The notes beneath the pieces were generated by a model that did not search any database, had not been told where the DNA came from, and saw nothing but the letters and a program-made list of their open reading frames with translations. Source: a virus (Duplodnaviria > Caudoviricetes). From it: 36,413 nt of DNA. How positions within the stretch are numbered: the first letter of the stretch is position 1; the number at the start of each line of letters is the position of its first letter. The DNA lies in the IMG/VR virus record IMGVR_UViG_3300032605_000070, positions 1-36,413 of that record. One strand, 5' to 3'. Both the position numbers and the translations under genes were made by a program. Below, piece by piece: positions 9,901-18,881 of the stretch.

Positions 9901-12900
9901 GATGCAAGTGTGTTTGTAGCCGACGCTGTGACGTTTGCAAATGGAGAATCACCCGAAGCCGTAACTGTTCTCGAAGTACCCGTACCCGTTGTCGTCAATG
10001 TATTGGGTGACGTATAAATGACTTGATAAGTGTTACGAGTAAACGTAGTCGTTCTACCGCCGCCAACACTATTGACACCGATATAAATATCAAATGTCCA
10101 TTGTCCAGCATCAATGGTTGTGCGACCCAATGGAGCTGATAACAAACCAATTGCTGCAACCGTATTGCCGTTAGGATTGGATGACGCTGTTTGCGTACCA
10201 CCAGCTGTTACAGGCGCATTGGCAAGCGTAATAATTGGCAATACGTTATTCGTACCCGTACCAGTAATTAATGGCGTTGCATTCCAAAATGTCGTTCCAG
10301 CTCCAACACTACCCGTTTGTGAGCTATTTGCGTTAATCCAGCTAGTACCATTCCATGACAATACTTGACCAGTTGCCGGAGCGCTAATAGCAACATCCGA
10401 CAAATTTTCCAAAGGTATTGTTCCGCTATTTCCTAAACTTACAGTTACGCCAGCAAAAGTAACCGAGCTATTTGCCAATTGAGCATTAGTGATCGTGCCG
10501 GACAAGTTAGTTGTGGGAATGGTCAACGATGCTGTCATCGCTCCTGTACCATTTCCATAGATATAACCTGACAAACTGGTTGCGCCTGTACCGCCGTTTG
10601 CGACGGGAAGCGTACCTGTCAAAGCGGTCACAGGAATTGTTGTCGATGCTGTAACATTTCCTGACCCGTTGGCGTACATATAACCAGTCAAACCAGTTAC
10701 CGCCAAATTGGTTGTTGTCAGATTAGTAAACGATTCAGAAGTTGAACCGGGTACTTTATCCCATGCGCCATTTTGGAAAATAGCCCAATCACCTACATTC
10801 CAACCTGAAACACCATTTAATGTCGTATTACCCGCTACTGACACAACGTAATAATAGCCAGCAGTGCCAACCGAAGATGTCAAAGTTGGTACGTTGGTGG
10901 ACGCATTCCAAGTTCCCTGATAGGCAGGAGCGTTGGTGGCCTGTGTGCTTATTGATGTAATTTGGCCTTGCGAGTTAACCGTAATGACCGGAATTACAGC
11001 AGCCGAACCATAAGTTCCCGATGTCACGCCACTGTTTGCAATCGCAATCGTAACTGGTGATGACCCGTTAAAACTTGTACCCGATAAGCCTGTGCCAATT
11101 GTTAACGCATTGGTCGTATTGGCGGTGATCGTTGTCGAGCCACCAAGCGATACAGAATTGCCATTAACCGTAACTGACGAATTAACCAATGACGAATTGC
11201 CAATATTGCTTAAAGTATTGGATGCGCCACTGATTGTTTTGTTTGTCAGTGTTTGAACACCACTAAGCGTCGCCACTACCGTTGTATCAATCGCAGCAGT
11301 AATCGCAGCTGAACCGTTGTAGGATGTGCCGGTTAAGCCATTTCCTAAAGTTAAAGAATAAGGATTAACCGCTGTAACCGTTGTCGAACCACCAAGGCTG
11401 ACAGAATTGCCGTTAATTGTGATCGAAGAATTGGTTAAACCTGAATTCGGTATGGTTGCGTTGATTTGACTTGGTGCAATGCTAATTGCTACAGCTGACA
11501 ATGCCGTTAATTGACCTTGTGCATTAACCGTTGCCTCTAACGTGCTGTTAGCTGCGCCATAAGAGCCTGACACAACCGTTGTATTAGCAATTGCAAATGT
11601 AATCGGGGTTGAACCATTAAAGCTGCCGCCGGACAAACCTGTTCCAGCCGTTAGCGAATAAGGCACATCAGCAGTTACAGTAATCGATCCACCAAGCGAT
11701 ACCGGATCGCCGTTAATCGTAATGGATGAATACACCAACGCAGCATTTGGAATGCTGGTCAGATTTGCGCCTGAACCATAAAACCCTGAATTAGCAGTAA
11801 TTGTCGTACCAACAATCGTCGCGGGATTTGTATTGCCGACAGGAGTATTATTTAAGCTATCAAGTGTTAGCGATACACCCTGAATCGTGCCGCCCGTAAT
11901 AGCGACATTATTTGCATTTTGGGTGGACATCGTACCCAAGCCGCTTACTTGTGTATTGTTAATTGCAATCGATGTCGTCGTTGCTGCTGTGACTTGACCT
12001 TGTGCATTGGTAGTCAATACCGCAACCGAGCCAGCTGATCCGTATGTGCCAGCCGTACCGACATTACCTAAAGCAATCGTGACAGCTGCGCTTCCGTTGT
12101 AACTGGTCCCGGTTAAACCCGTTCCAATTGTGAGTGCATAAGGATTAACTGCGGTGACTGTCGTGCTACCGCCCAGCGATACGGAATTACCATTGATCGT
12201 GATCGAGCTGTAATCAAGCGCAGAATTTGGGATGAAAGTAAGCGTATTTGTCGCGCCGCTGATATTGACACCAGCTAAAGTGGACAAAGAGCCGCCCAAT
12301 GAAATCGAATTCGATCCTAGTGTAATCGAAGAATTGGCAAGGCTGCTATTAGGAATTGGAGCATTAATTTGACTTGGCGCTATGCTAATCGGCGTATTAG
12401 CCGCAGCTGTCAATTGACCTTGAGCATTGACCGTAAACGACGGAACCGAAGCAGCGACACCATAAGAGCCAGCCGATACACCAGTATTCGTAATGCTAAA
12501 TTGCGTACCAGTTAGGGTTAACCCTGTTCCGGCTGTGTATGTACCTTGACCTGAAAACTGTGACCAAATGATCGGTGTGACATCAATCGTGCCAAGTTCC
12601 GAAGTAATCGCTACCCAACCAGTATTCGCATATAACGTGCCGTTTTGCACAAAAGTGGTTGCACCCGGCACTTCATTCCAGCTAATCATGTCAGTCGAAC
12701 GCGACCATGCCGTCGTTTCAGCGACATAAATGCCGTTATATGCGGGATTGGATTGGTTTTTTACTAGAACCCGATCACCAGCAAGGGTTGTATAACCATC
12801 AAGCGTTTGCAAACCTGAAAGCGTAATGTTCGCAGTCGTTGCACATTGGCACTCGTATTTCGATGCCGCAGCTCCACTGACCGAATCGACATATTGCTTG

Positions 12901-13316
12901 TTTGCTAAATCAAGAGGATGCACCGGCAGCGTCGTAACTGTACCGGTATTGGTCGCCATGTTTGTAAACTGAGCAGAATACAAACCATTTTCAAGGCCGT
13001 AGGTTTGAGTAAATATCGCACCTGTACCCGCAGTCATCAAGTTTGCTGCAAAATCATTTGCATTCCATGCTTGAGCTGTCGTTCCCTCTTGTCCTCTAAC
13101 AATAGTAAAAGTGTCACCATCAACCGCAGTGACGTACACGATTTCGGTTACTAGACTACTAAACGCAGAAATGAAAGTTAAGGCAAATTGTTGCCCTGTT
13201 ATTGGTTGTGGAAAATATTGACCAGTTCCCGACGCTACCGTAACAGTTGTTGCGGTGCTAGAAATGGGCGCAGCAAGTGTCGTTTGCGCTTGGTTCGCAA
13301 ATAAGAAAATGGTCAT
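6996..13316 (-). CDS. long tail fibre protein (2106 aa, repetitive, Thr/Ser/Gly-rich)
   Basis: N-terminus similar to that of 13623-14750; repeats of NSSITINGNSVSLGGS, ALTIGTGLTGTSYNGS, TVNAQGQLTAA, GGTGATTLTGYVYGNG; location after baseplate. Confidence 0.88.
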   Translation of the reverse strand: MTIFLFANQAQTTLAAPISSTATTVTVASGTGQYFPQPITGQQFALTFISAFSSLVTEIVYVTAVDGDTFTIVRGQEGTTAQAWNANDFAANLMTAGTGAIFTQTYGLENGLYSAQFTNMATNTGTVTTLPVHPLDLANKQYVDSVSGAAASKYECQCATTANITLSGLQTLDGYTTLAGDRVLVKNQSNPAYNGIYVAETTAWSRSTDMISWNEVPGATTFVQNGTLYANTGWVAITSELGTIDVTPIIWSQFSGQGTYTAGTGLTLTGTQFSITNTGVSAGSYGVAASVPSFTVNAQGQLTAAANTPISIAPSQINAPIPNSSLANSSITLGSNSISLGGSLSTLAGVNISGATNTLTFIPNSALDYSSITINGNSVSLGGSTTVTAVNPYALTIGTGLTGTSYNGSAAVTIALGNVGTAGTYGSAGSVAVLTTNAQGQVTAATTTSIAINNTQVSGLGTMSTQNANNVAITGGTIQGVSLTLDSLNNTPVGNTNPATIVGTTITANSGFYGSGANLTSIPNAALVYSSITINGDPVSLGGSITVTADVPYSLTAGTGLSGGSFNGSTPITFAIANTTVVSGSYGAANSTLEATVNAQGQLTALSAVAISIAPSQINATIPNSGLTNSSITINGNSVSLGGSTTVTAVNPYSLTLGNGLTGTSYNGSAAITAAIDTTVVATLSGVQTLTNKTISGASNTLSNIGNSSLVNSSVTVNGNSVSLGGSTTITANTTNALTIGTGLSGTSFNGSSPVTIAIANSGVTSGTYGSAAVIPVITVNSQGQITSISTQATNAPAYQGTWNASTNVPTLTSSVGTAGYYYVVSVAGNTTLNGVSGWNVGDWAIFQNGAWDKVPGSTSESFTNLTTTNLAVTGLTGYMYANGSGNVTASTTIPVTALTGTLPVANGGTGATSLSGYIYGNGTGAMTASLTIPTTNLSGTITNAQLANSSVTFAGVTVSLGNSGTIPLENLSDVAISAPATGQVLSWNGTSWINANSSQTGSVGAGTTFWNATPLITGTGTNNVLPIITLANAPVTAGGTQTASSNPNGNTVAAIGLLSAPLGRTTIDAGQWTFDIYIGVNSVGGGRTTTFTRNTYQVIYTSPNTLTTTGTGTSRTVTASGDSPFANVTASATNTLASYIQTPQGLYQITAKSSNTVVTITVPSTYANETAVSGSVWNLLFGVTSPNITNITPNYGLYIVQTTQPAFTINSTDSLGGIGFTTSTGNTTVTAVYNGTQYASNVVTPLVTQHNQLSGLQGGTANQYYHLTSSEYTGTGSGTFVRATTPTLSQPTISDDEIFTSQSTAPSYLKGKVWYDGVADGLAYYNGVTNNEIVIGQEVQLQVYNNTGSTINLGQPVYITGQSGGLPTIALAQANSLTTSNVIGVANQNISASSNGYVVILGDVMGYNTTGFTAGQTLYLDYAVAGNLITTQPTAPNYAVRVGFCVTSASSGQFFTSVRNVYTNASSIIGTLGVPNGGTGATTLTGYVYGNGTGAMTASTTIPTTVLSGTITNSQLANSTISGISLGSNLATLTIGTGLSGTSYNGSNATTIALTNTTVTAGSYTSANITVDAQGRVTAASNGGGTGVSSFQTSLSGLTPSTSTTGAVTLAGTLGAASGGTGATTLTGYVYGNGTSAMTASTTIPTTALSGTITNAQLANSSVTVNGTAISLGGSGTITAANPNALTIGTGLTGTSYTGASAVTIAIDTTVVATLTGIQTLTNKTMSGASNTFSNIPNSALTNSTISGVALGLNLNTLTIGTGLSGTSYNGSAGVTIALSNTAVTAGSYTLASLTVNAQGQLTAASSASTTGSGSVVLATSPSLTTPSLGAATATSIVASNGLYSSGSYGGSYSDGIVVDYATGVGRISVGTGDGLTIYNGGVGTTALLTLSSSGVITTSTWNGSTIGVTYGGTGVSTLTGLAYGNGTSAFTAATAAQVVSVIGTTAVTNATNATNATNATTATNIAGGSANQIPYQSGSGSTAFSSNLTFNGTTISDAYGKIRAVPQSGSSKTTSYTLATTDVGQYILIGSGGSITIPNSTFSTGDIISLFNQTGGSITVTCSTSNAYIAGSGTNKTSVSLATYGVATILFITSTLCVISGNVS
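7421..7470 (-). repeat. 9-nt (NAT tripeptide) tandem repeat in tail fibre
   Basis: Encodes TNATNATNATNATTAT. Confidence 0.8.
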
Positions 13317-13330
13317 AATCCACCAACCAA

Positions 13331-13606
13331 TTAAAGGATGCTATAGGTATCGTTCGCTGCGCCGGTAAACTGAATATTAGTTACCGGAAAATTAAATACA
13401 TATACGATTTGTGTCGTTTCGGTATAAGTTGGTGTTACAGCTGGATAAAACGTGACACCGTTATCGAATGACAATTGAATCGCTCGACTACCTGAAGATG
13501 AATTCAATACAACGGATGCCGGATATTGAACGCCCGATAACGCGACATTGGCTGTCGTTCCGGTTAGCGTACCAGTAATCGGCGAGCCATAATTGTTTGT
13601 AGCCAT
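13331..13606 (-). CDS. small beta-rich virion protein
   Basis: 91 aa, GGAG RBS, lies between two fibre genes. Confidence 0.65.
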   Translation of the reverse strand: MATNNYGSPITGTLTGTTANVALSGVQYPASVVLNSSSGSRAIQLSFDNGVTFYPAVTPTYTETTQIVYVFNFPVTNIQFTGAANDTYSIL

Positions 13607-13622
13607 TATTTAACTCCAAAAG

Positions 13623-14750
13623 TTAAGTTTTGATACATGGCAATAATGCCACGTTTATCGGTCTTGTTTCCGTACTTCCTGAATTTTGAATCGTAATATT
13701 TGTAAATGCGGGATTAGTATTAGTGATAACACCTTGCGAACCACCGGGCCATTCATAAACACCCGTTCCAGCAGCAGGATTAATCATGTCACCCGTCGTA
13801 AAGTGACTATGTCCGGGATCGGTTACACCATGATTGTGTGATCCAAATGCACTACTTTGATTGCTACCAAATGTCCTGCCCGGATCGATTCCTGCGCCAT
13901 CATCCCAACCTCGAATAAATTGACCTAAAAGATTAGGCAAATTAAATGTTGTGAATCCGTCGCCATTGCCAAACGTCGTGCCGATTGCTGCAAATAATGA
14001 CGCATACGTCGTTCTTGATACTGCTGCACCATTTGCAATCAACCAACCAAAAGGAGCTGTTTGCATCGCAAAATGCAAAACCGCACCCGAAGGAGCTTGA
14101 GCAGAGCTATTGGTTGCGGGGTTTTGTAATACATAAGCCGCAAATGATGAGCTATATGTCAAAAGGCATGGATAACCAGCCACAATGTCATTAGGCGAAA
14201 TCGATAAATTTGCACCTTTTACAATCGGCGCGGCACTCAAAATGGTTGTTGCGCCTGTGATTGGCGAAACAAAAGTTAATTGTAAAGTTGCCGTTGAAGA
14301 ATTATTTGCCGTAGCATTGATGACAAAATTGAAGTTGTTCGGAATCGATGTCAAATTAGAATAAATCGAAGCCGTCAACGCATTTGCAGTTCCAGCCGAT
14401 GTTGCATTGGTATAAGTGCCATCCTGAACCTGATCGATTTGAACCAAATCTGACATGGTTCCCGCAGTCGGGAAAGAGCTTGCATAATCACCTGCCAACC
14501 ATGCTTTAGCAGCTGTGCCTTCCTGACCGCGAACGATTGTCAATGTATCGCCCGATCTAGCTGTGACCCATACGATTTCAGCAATCAAACCTGTCGCCGC
14601 ATCGTTAAAAGTCATTACAAAGTATTGACCAGCTGAAGGACTAGGAAATAGTGATCCTGTAGTGGGAGCAAGATTGACCGACGTAGATACACTTGTGATC
14701 GGTGACGCTATCGTAGTCTTGGCGTTATTGGCAAAAAGTAAAATTGACAT
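13623..14750 (-). CDS. tail fibre protein with phage tail-collar domain
   Basis: PSGAVLHFAMQTAPFGWLIANGAAVSRTTYASLFAAIGTTFGNGDGFTTFNLPNLLGQFIRGWD, HNH/HSH, ETRPINVALLPCIK. Confidence 0.9.
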   Translation of the reverse strand: MSILLFANNAKTTIASPITSVSTSVNLAPTTGSLFPSPSAGQYFVMTFNDAATGLIAEIVWVTARSGDTLTIVRGQEGTAAKAWLAGDYASSFPTAGTMSDLVQIDQVQDGTYTNATSAGTANALTASIYSNLTSIPNNFNFVINATANNSSTATLQLTFVSPITGATTILSAAPIVKGANLSISPNDIVAGYPCLLTYSSSFAAYVLQNPATNSSAQAPSGAVLHFAMQTAPFGWLIANGAAVSRTTYASLFAAIGTTFGNGDGFTTFNLPNLLGQFIRGWDDGAGIDPGRTFGSNQSSAFGSHNHGVTDPGHSHFTTGDMINPAAGTGVYEWPGGSQGVITNTNPAFTNITIQNSGSTETRPINVALLPCIKT

Positions 14751-14759
14751 CGCAATTCC

Positions 14760-15602
14760 TTAAACGGTGTAAGTACCCGATCCTGTCCATTTGATAATTG
14801 TATTCCCACCTGATGTGGAAACGGTATATGTTCCGGTCACATTTGATGAATATCTTGATGTCGGTACAGAAATAGAAATCATGCCTGAACCTCCGGCTCC
14901 AGCTCCGCCATAACCGCCTCCACCGCCTCCACCCGTATTTGCAGTACCAGCCGAGCCAGCGCTAGATGTATTAATTGCGCCATTGCCTCCGCCGTTTTTA
15001 CCCGCGCCACTTCCACATCCAGCAGTCGTTCTTCCGCCACCACCACCACCCGCTAAAGTAACGGATGATCCACTAATCGAAGTTGATTTTCCAACACCAC
15101 CGCAACCAGCAGGGTTGTTTCCGTTTGCGCCCGGACTACCAGCTCCGCCGCCGCCACCAGCCGTTGTTCCTACTGTGCCATAGCCATAACCACCCGCATA
15201 TCCTTGTCCCGAAGTTCCAGCACCTCCAGCCAATGCGCCGCCGCAATTATTTGTAGAGCCACCTCCGCCCGAGCCACCAGCGCCGCCCGTTTGAGCATAC
15301 AAAGCGCCATAACCGCCACCAACGGAAGAAATTGAAACACCCGTACCAATAATTGATGAAGTACCGCCTTGAGTGTTTGACGATCCACCCGCACCAACCG
15401 TAATGGTTAATACTGTGCCGGGAGTAATTGATTGACTACATGAAAGCCAACCTCCCGCGCCGCCGCCACCTGCGCCCGTACCGCCGCCGCCACCACCAGC
15501 AATAGATAAATAAGTGACGGTAACTGGCGATGGTGGAGTTACTACACCCCCGGAAAATCCGAAAGCAGAAGATGCAGCCGAGCCAATTTTTGCGATACGC
15601 AT
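14760..15602 (-). CDS. glycine-rich protein with one polyglycine domain (putative adhesin)
   Basis: Likely ATG at 15602, 1 nt after the upstream stop; YLSIAGGGGGG...NTGGGGGGG...IIKWTGSGTYTV; paralogous to 5386-6999. Confidence 0.75.
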   Translation of the reverse strand: MRIAKIGSAASSAFGFSGGVVTPPSPVTVTYLSIAGGGGGGTGAGGGGAGGWLSCSQSITPGTVLTITVGAGGSSNTQGGTSSIIGTGVSISSVGGGYGALYAQTGGAGGSGGGGSTNNCGGALAGGAGTSGQGYAGGYGYGTVGTTAGGGGGAGSPGANGNNPAGCGGVGKSTSISGSSVTLAGGGGGGRTTAGCGSGAGKNGGGNGAINTSSAGSAGTANTGGGGGGGYGGAGAGGSGMISISVPTSRYSSNVTGTYTVSTSGGNTIIKWTGSGTYTV

Positions 15603-15603
15603 A

Positions 15604-16545
15604 TTAGAATTTTGTCTGAGAAGCAAAAACACTATATGTTGCAGATGCGGTTTTTATAATCGCAAAAACATACGCATCAACACCCGAAGCATTTCCCGAT
15701 GATGGCGCTGTACCGCCTTGCCATAATGGTGTAACCGATACGCCGTCAATTGTGACCGCAGAGCAAAAATATGCCGTTGTGCCTTGAGTAACAAGCATAG
15801 TTGCAGTAATTGAATCGCCAATTGACATTTGAGCATTCAAGCTCGTACCGCTTGAAAATGCAAAATTAACTGTCCAATTGTTTGCCGCATTGCTCGTGTA
15901 ATACTGAACCGCACCTGATGCAATATAAAAGTTTTGCGTAGATGATGGAGCCGTCCCAACAACATTTACTGGTTCTGTAATGTTAGGGGTTTTCAACGCA
16001 ATAGCAGAAGTAGTTCCAACGGCTGAAATGGTCGTAAACGCGCCGGTTGATGGCGTACTTGAACCAATAGCAGGAGGGCTTGCCAAGTAAGCGCTAAATC
16101 CCGGTCCACTAACTGTCGATGATGCCGATAAGGTAGTAAACGCACCAGCTGCCGCAGCAGTTGTTCCAATAGCAGGAGGAGAAGCCAAATAATTAGTAAA
16201 ACCAGCACCACTGACAGTTGATGATGCGCTCAAAGTCGTAAATGCGCCTGAATTAGCAGCAGATGATCCAATTGAAGGAGGGCTTGCAAAATATAAAGAA
16301 AATGCCGTTCCGGTGATTGTTCCCGACGCTGACAAATTGGTGAATGCGCCTGTCGATGGGGTAGTTGCTCCAACCGTACCATTTATTGCGCTGCTAGTTA
16401 ATGTTAAGCCAGCAATCGTTGTTAATGATCCGCCAAGGCTAACTGTGCTTGATCCAAGCGTAATCGGTGTGGCAAAGTTTGAATCAAGCTCATTTAACGG
16501 GATTGAACCCGAAGCAGTTGCGAAAGTGTATGGAACGCCACTCAT
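15604..16545 (-). CDS. short fibre-like protein with 34-aa repeats
   Basis: GGAGAA RBS; repeats GAFTTLSASSTVSG.GF..YLASPPAIG; C-terminal WQGGTAP...VDAYVF domain. Confidence 0.7.
   Translation of the reverse strand: MSGVPYTFATASGSIPLNELDSNFATPITLGSSTVSLGGSLTTIAGLTLTSSAINGTVGATTPSTGAFTNLSASGTITGTAFSLYFASPPSIGSSAANSGAFTTLSASSTVSGAGFTNYLASPPAIGTTAAAAGAFTTLSASSTVSGPGFSAYLASPPAIGSSTPSTGAFTTISAVGTTSAIALKTPNITEPVNVVGTAPSSTQNFYIASGAVQYYTSNAANNWTVNFAFSSGTSLNAQMSIGDSITATMLVTQGTTAYFCSAVTIDGVSVTPLWQGGTAPSSGNASGVDAYVFAIIKTASATYSVFASQTKF
16021..16350 (-). repeat. ~3.2 degenerate 102-nt tandem repeats
   Basis: GAF codons start at 16350, 16248, 16146 and 16044 (period 102 nt). Confidence 0.85.
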
Positions 16546-16558
16546 TATTTATTCTCCA

Positions 16559-17251
16559 TCAAGAAACCCACGCAACCGTATTGCCTGAATTATTTTTCCA
16601 AAATACTTCTTGGTTCGAATTGTTAACCCAATCAACCGTACCCGTATTGACCGTAAAGGTAAATTGAAAAGGAGTTTGTAAAATTTGTGAATTAATTGCA
16701 GATTGCAAAATAGGAACGTATGTCGAAGCGAATTGATTGTAAACAGTAATTGTTACTGCATACGGCGCTGAAAATTGCACACTAATTTGATATGTATTAT
16801 CAACAATCGGTGATATTCCATTCGTTCCCGTCAAAAATCTGTATATACGATTTTTCAACCATTTAATGTTGAATTGATAACCGTCGCCTTTATAAAAGTT
16901 CCATGTAATGCAGCGCTTAAAAAGGTCATCCGATGCCACAATAAATTGTTGTGGTGTACCACTAATTTGACCTATGTTATAGGGTCGTGTGTCATAAGGA
17001 TCGGTGTTGTAAACACCATCCGTTAACGTAACACTTCCGAAAGGAAAAATAGGACGGGATTGACCATATAGCCCTTGCGCGACCCAATCCAAGGATGGCC
17101 CTGATTGTGCCGTATAAATTGGCAAATTTAGGTTATTGAACCAATCTAAATATTGTTGAGCTAAAGTATTGTACGCATTAACAAATGCTTGCAAATCCGA
17201 ATCATCAGCATATTGCTGATACAAATATGACGGGATGATTTGTGTAAGCAT
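16559..17251 (-). CDS. baseplate wedge protein (gpI/Mu gp48-like by position)
   Basis: Follows baseplate J; LDWVAQGLYG..R and SDDLFKRCITW motifs. Confidence 0.7.
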   Translation of the reverse strand: MLTQIIPSYLYQQYADDSDLQAFVNAYNTLAQQYLDWFNNLNLPIYTAQSGPSLDWVAQGLYGQSRPIFPFGSVTLTDGVYNTDPYDTRPYNIGQISGTPQQFIVASDDLFKRCITWNFYKGDGYQFNIKWLKNRIYRFLTGTNGISPIVDNTYQISVQFSAPYAVTITVYNQFASTYVPILQSAINSQILQTPFQFTFTVNTGTVDWVNNSNQEVFWKNNSGNTVAWVS

Positions 17252-17252
17252 A

Positions 17253-18881
17253 CTATGCCTGTGTCACAGTAACTAAAGCATTGGTTGTTTCAAAGAATGA
17301 CAAAGGATCGCCATAAATCATTCCTGTACCCGATGCTGGCGAAGTTGTCACACCATTAATTAACACCGTAAATTGCATTTCAGAAATTAATGATGTCGGC
17401 AATAAAGATGCAACCGCAGCCTGAAATACAGTTTGCATTTCAAAAATATTGATCGGTTGACCAACGGCAATACTGTTAATGTAAGTAACAATTGCAGGAA
17501 TTCCTGCCGCTGCTATCGATGTTGGGCTGACATAATTGGTCGAAATCGTATTCCAAACTAAAGCTACTTGAACCGTTTGTGCAAACGGATTAATAAATGT
17601 TATCGAGTAAGTATCAGGATAATCATTAATTGATACTGTAATGTTGTGTAAGTTTGGAGTGATTACACCATTGCCCGTATAGCTACCAGCTCCCACTGTG
17701 TCGAAATCGGTATATCCCAAAACTGTGTCCGCACCGGGATTGGTTGCTAATGGATAAGTGAAGGTCGTCGCGCCTGTTTGTGTGAAAACAAACGTGCCGT
17801 TATATGCGCTTGGAGTACAGCCATAAATAGTGCCAGTATGCGTACCCGATGGCATTCCATGCGGATTTGCGGTTGTGACCGTCACAGTGCCGCCTGACCA
17901 AACAATCGAAGAAATAGATACAGCCAAACTAAAAGTTTTTTCTGTTAATACCACCGCAATAAAAGGAATACCATTAATACCGGACATTCCCGTTGCGCCG
18001 GTAAATTCAACAACCTGCCCGGTTGTGTAACCATGATTAATATTCGTTGTTACTACTGCTGGATAAGCATTTGTAATGCTATTAGCTATCATTGTCGAAC
18101 CGACAACATTTGAAATATCAAATAATCCGGTGAAAATTGCATTTGCTATTTCGTAAGGATCGCCGCCGCCAACAATAATTTGCCAATTCGTACCTGATTG
18201 TTGAACCGAAATCAGATTTGATTGAACGCCCGATACATTTTGCAATTGAGTTTTTAGGAATGTTGGCATTCCTTGAGCAACCGCAAGCCCTGCCTGAATA
18301 ACTTGAGCTTGATAGTTTTCTAATGGCTGCGAAGTTTGACCCGGAATACCAGCGACCAAGTTAGTGCAGCTCAAGGTTACACCCGTTGGTACGGATGTGA
18401 CTAATTGTGTCACTGTGCCTACTGGAACAGCCCAAGAGCCTTGCGATGTCGCCAAACAATAAAGTGATGCACTTTGCCCACCAGTTGCTACGATTCCACC
18501 ATCTTGCACAGTGTATTGATAATTTCCGTCACTGACCGTAAATCCGACAGGGATGACAAATCCGGGTGAACCTGTAAATGTTACATAAACCGAAGTATTC
18601 GATCCAATTCCTTGTTGAACACCATATATTTGACCCAATTGGTTCAAAATAAAAGAATTGGCAGAATACGGGGTAATACTGTTAAAAAGCTCTACTCTCG
18701 CTGAATCAATGAGCGCCAATGCGCCTACATCAGTTGAGCTAATATCTTCAATCAATGAGCCGGGTAAATTAGCGGTGTAGTCAGGATTGCTGGCGGCAAC
18801 CAAAGCAATAAGTTCTTGTTGCAGCGTTGTTGGAGAAGTCGGCTGCAATCCCGTCGAATTAACGTCAGTTGTAATAGCCAT
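17253..18881 (-). CDS. baseplate J/gp47-like protein with inserted beta domains
   Basis: LNQLGQIYG, VYVTFTGSPGFVIPVG, GSWAVPVGTVTQL motifs; gene order. Confidence 0.8.
   Translation of the reverse strand: MAITTDVNSTGLQPTSPTTLQQELIALVAASNPDYTANLPGSLIEDISSTDVGALALIDSARVELFNSITPYSANSFILNQLGQIYGVQQGIGSNTSVYVTFTGSPGFVIPVGFTVSDGNYQYTVQDGGIVATGGQSASLYCLATSQGSWAVPVGTVTQLVTSVPTGVTLSCTNLVAGIPGQTSQPLENYQAQVIQAGLAVAQGMPTFLKTQLQNVSGVQSNLISVQQSGTNWQIIVGGGDPYEIANAIFTGLFDISNVVGSTMIANSITNAYPAVVTTNINHGYTTGQVVEFTGATGMSGINGIPFIAVVLTEKTFSLAVSISSIVWSGGTVTVTTANPHGMPSGTHTGTIYGCTPSAYNGTFVFTQTGATTFTYPLATNPGADTVLGYTDFDTVGAGSYTGNGVITPNLHNITVSINDYPDTYSITFINPFAQTVQVALVWNTISTNYVSPTSIAAAGIPAIVTYINSIAVGQPINIFEMQTVFQAAVASLLPTSLISEMQFTVLINGVTTSPASGTGMIYGDPLSFFETTNALVTVTQA

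Noticed and set aside
6996-16545. Possible diversity-generating retroelement or invertible fibre cassette
   Set aside because: No reverse transcriptase or invertase in the window; repeats differ at synonymous positions rather than only at adenines; all fibre genes share one orientation
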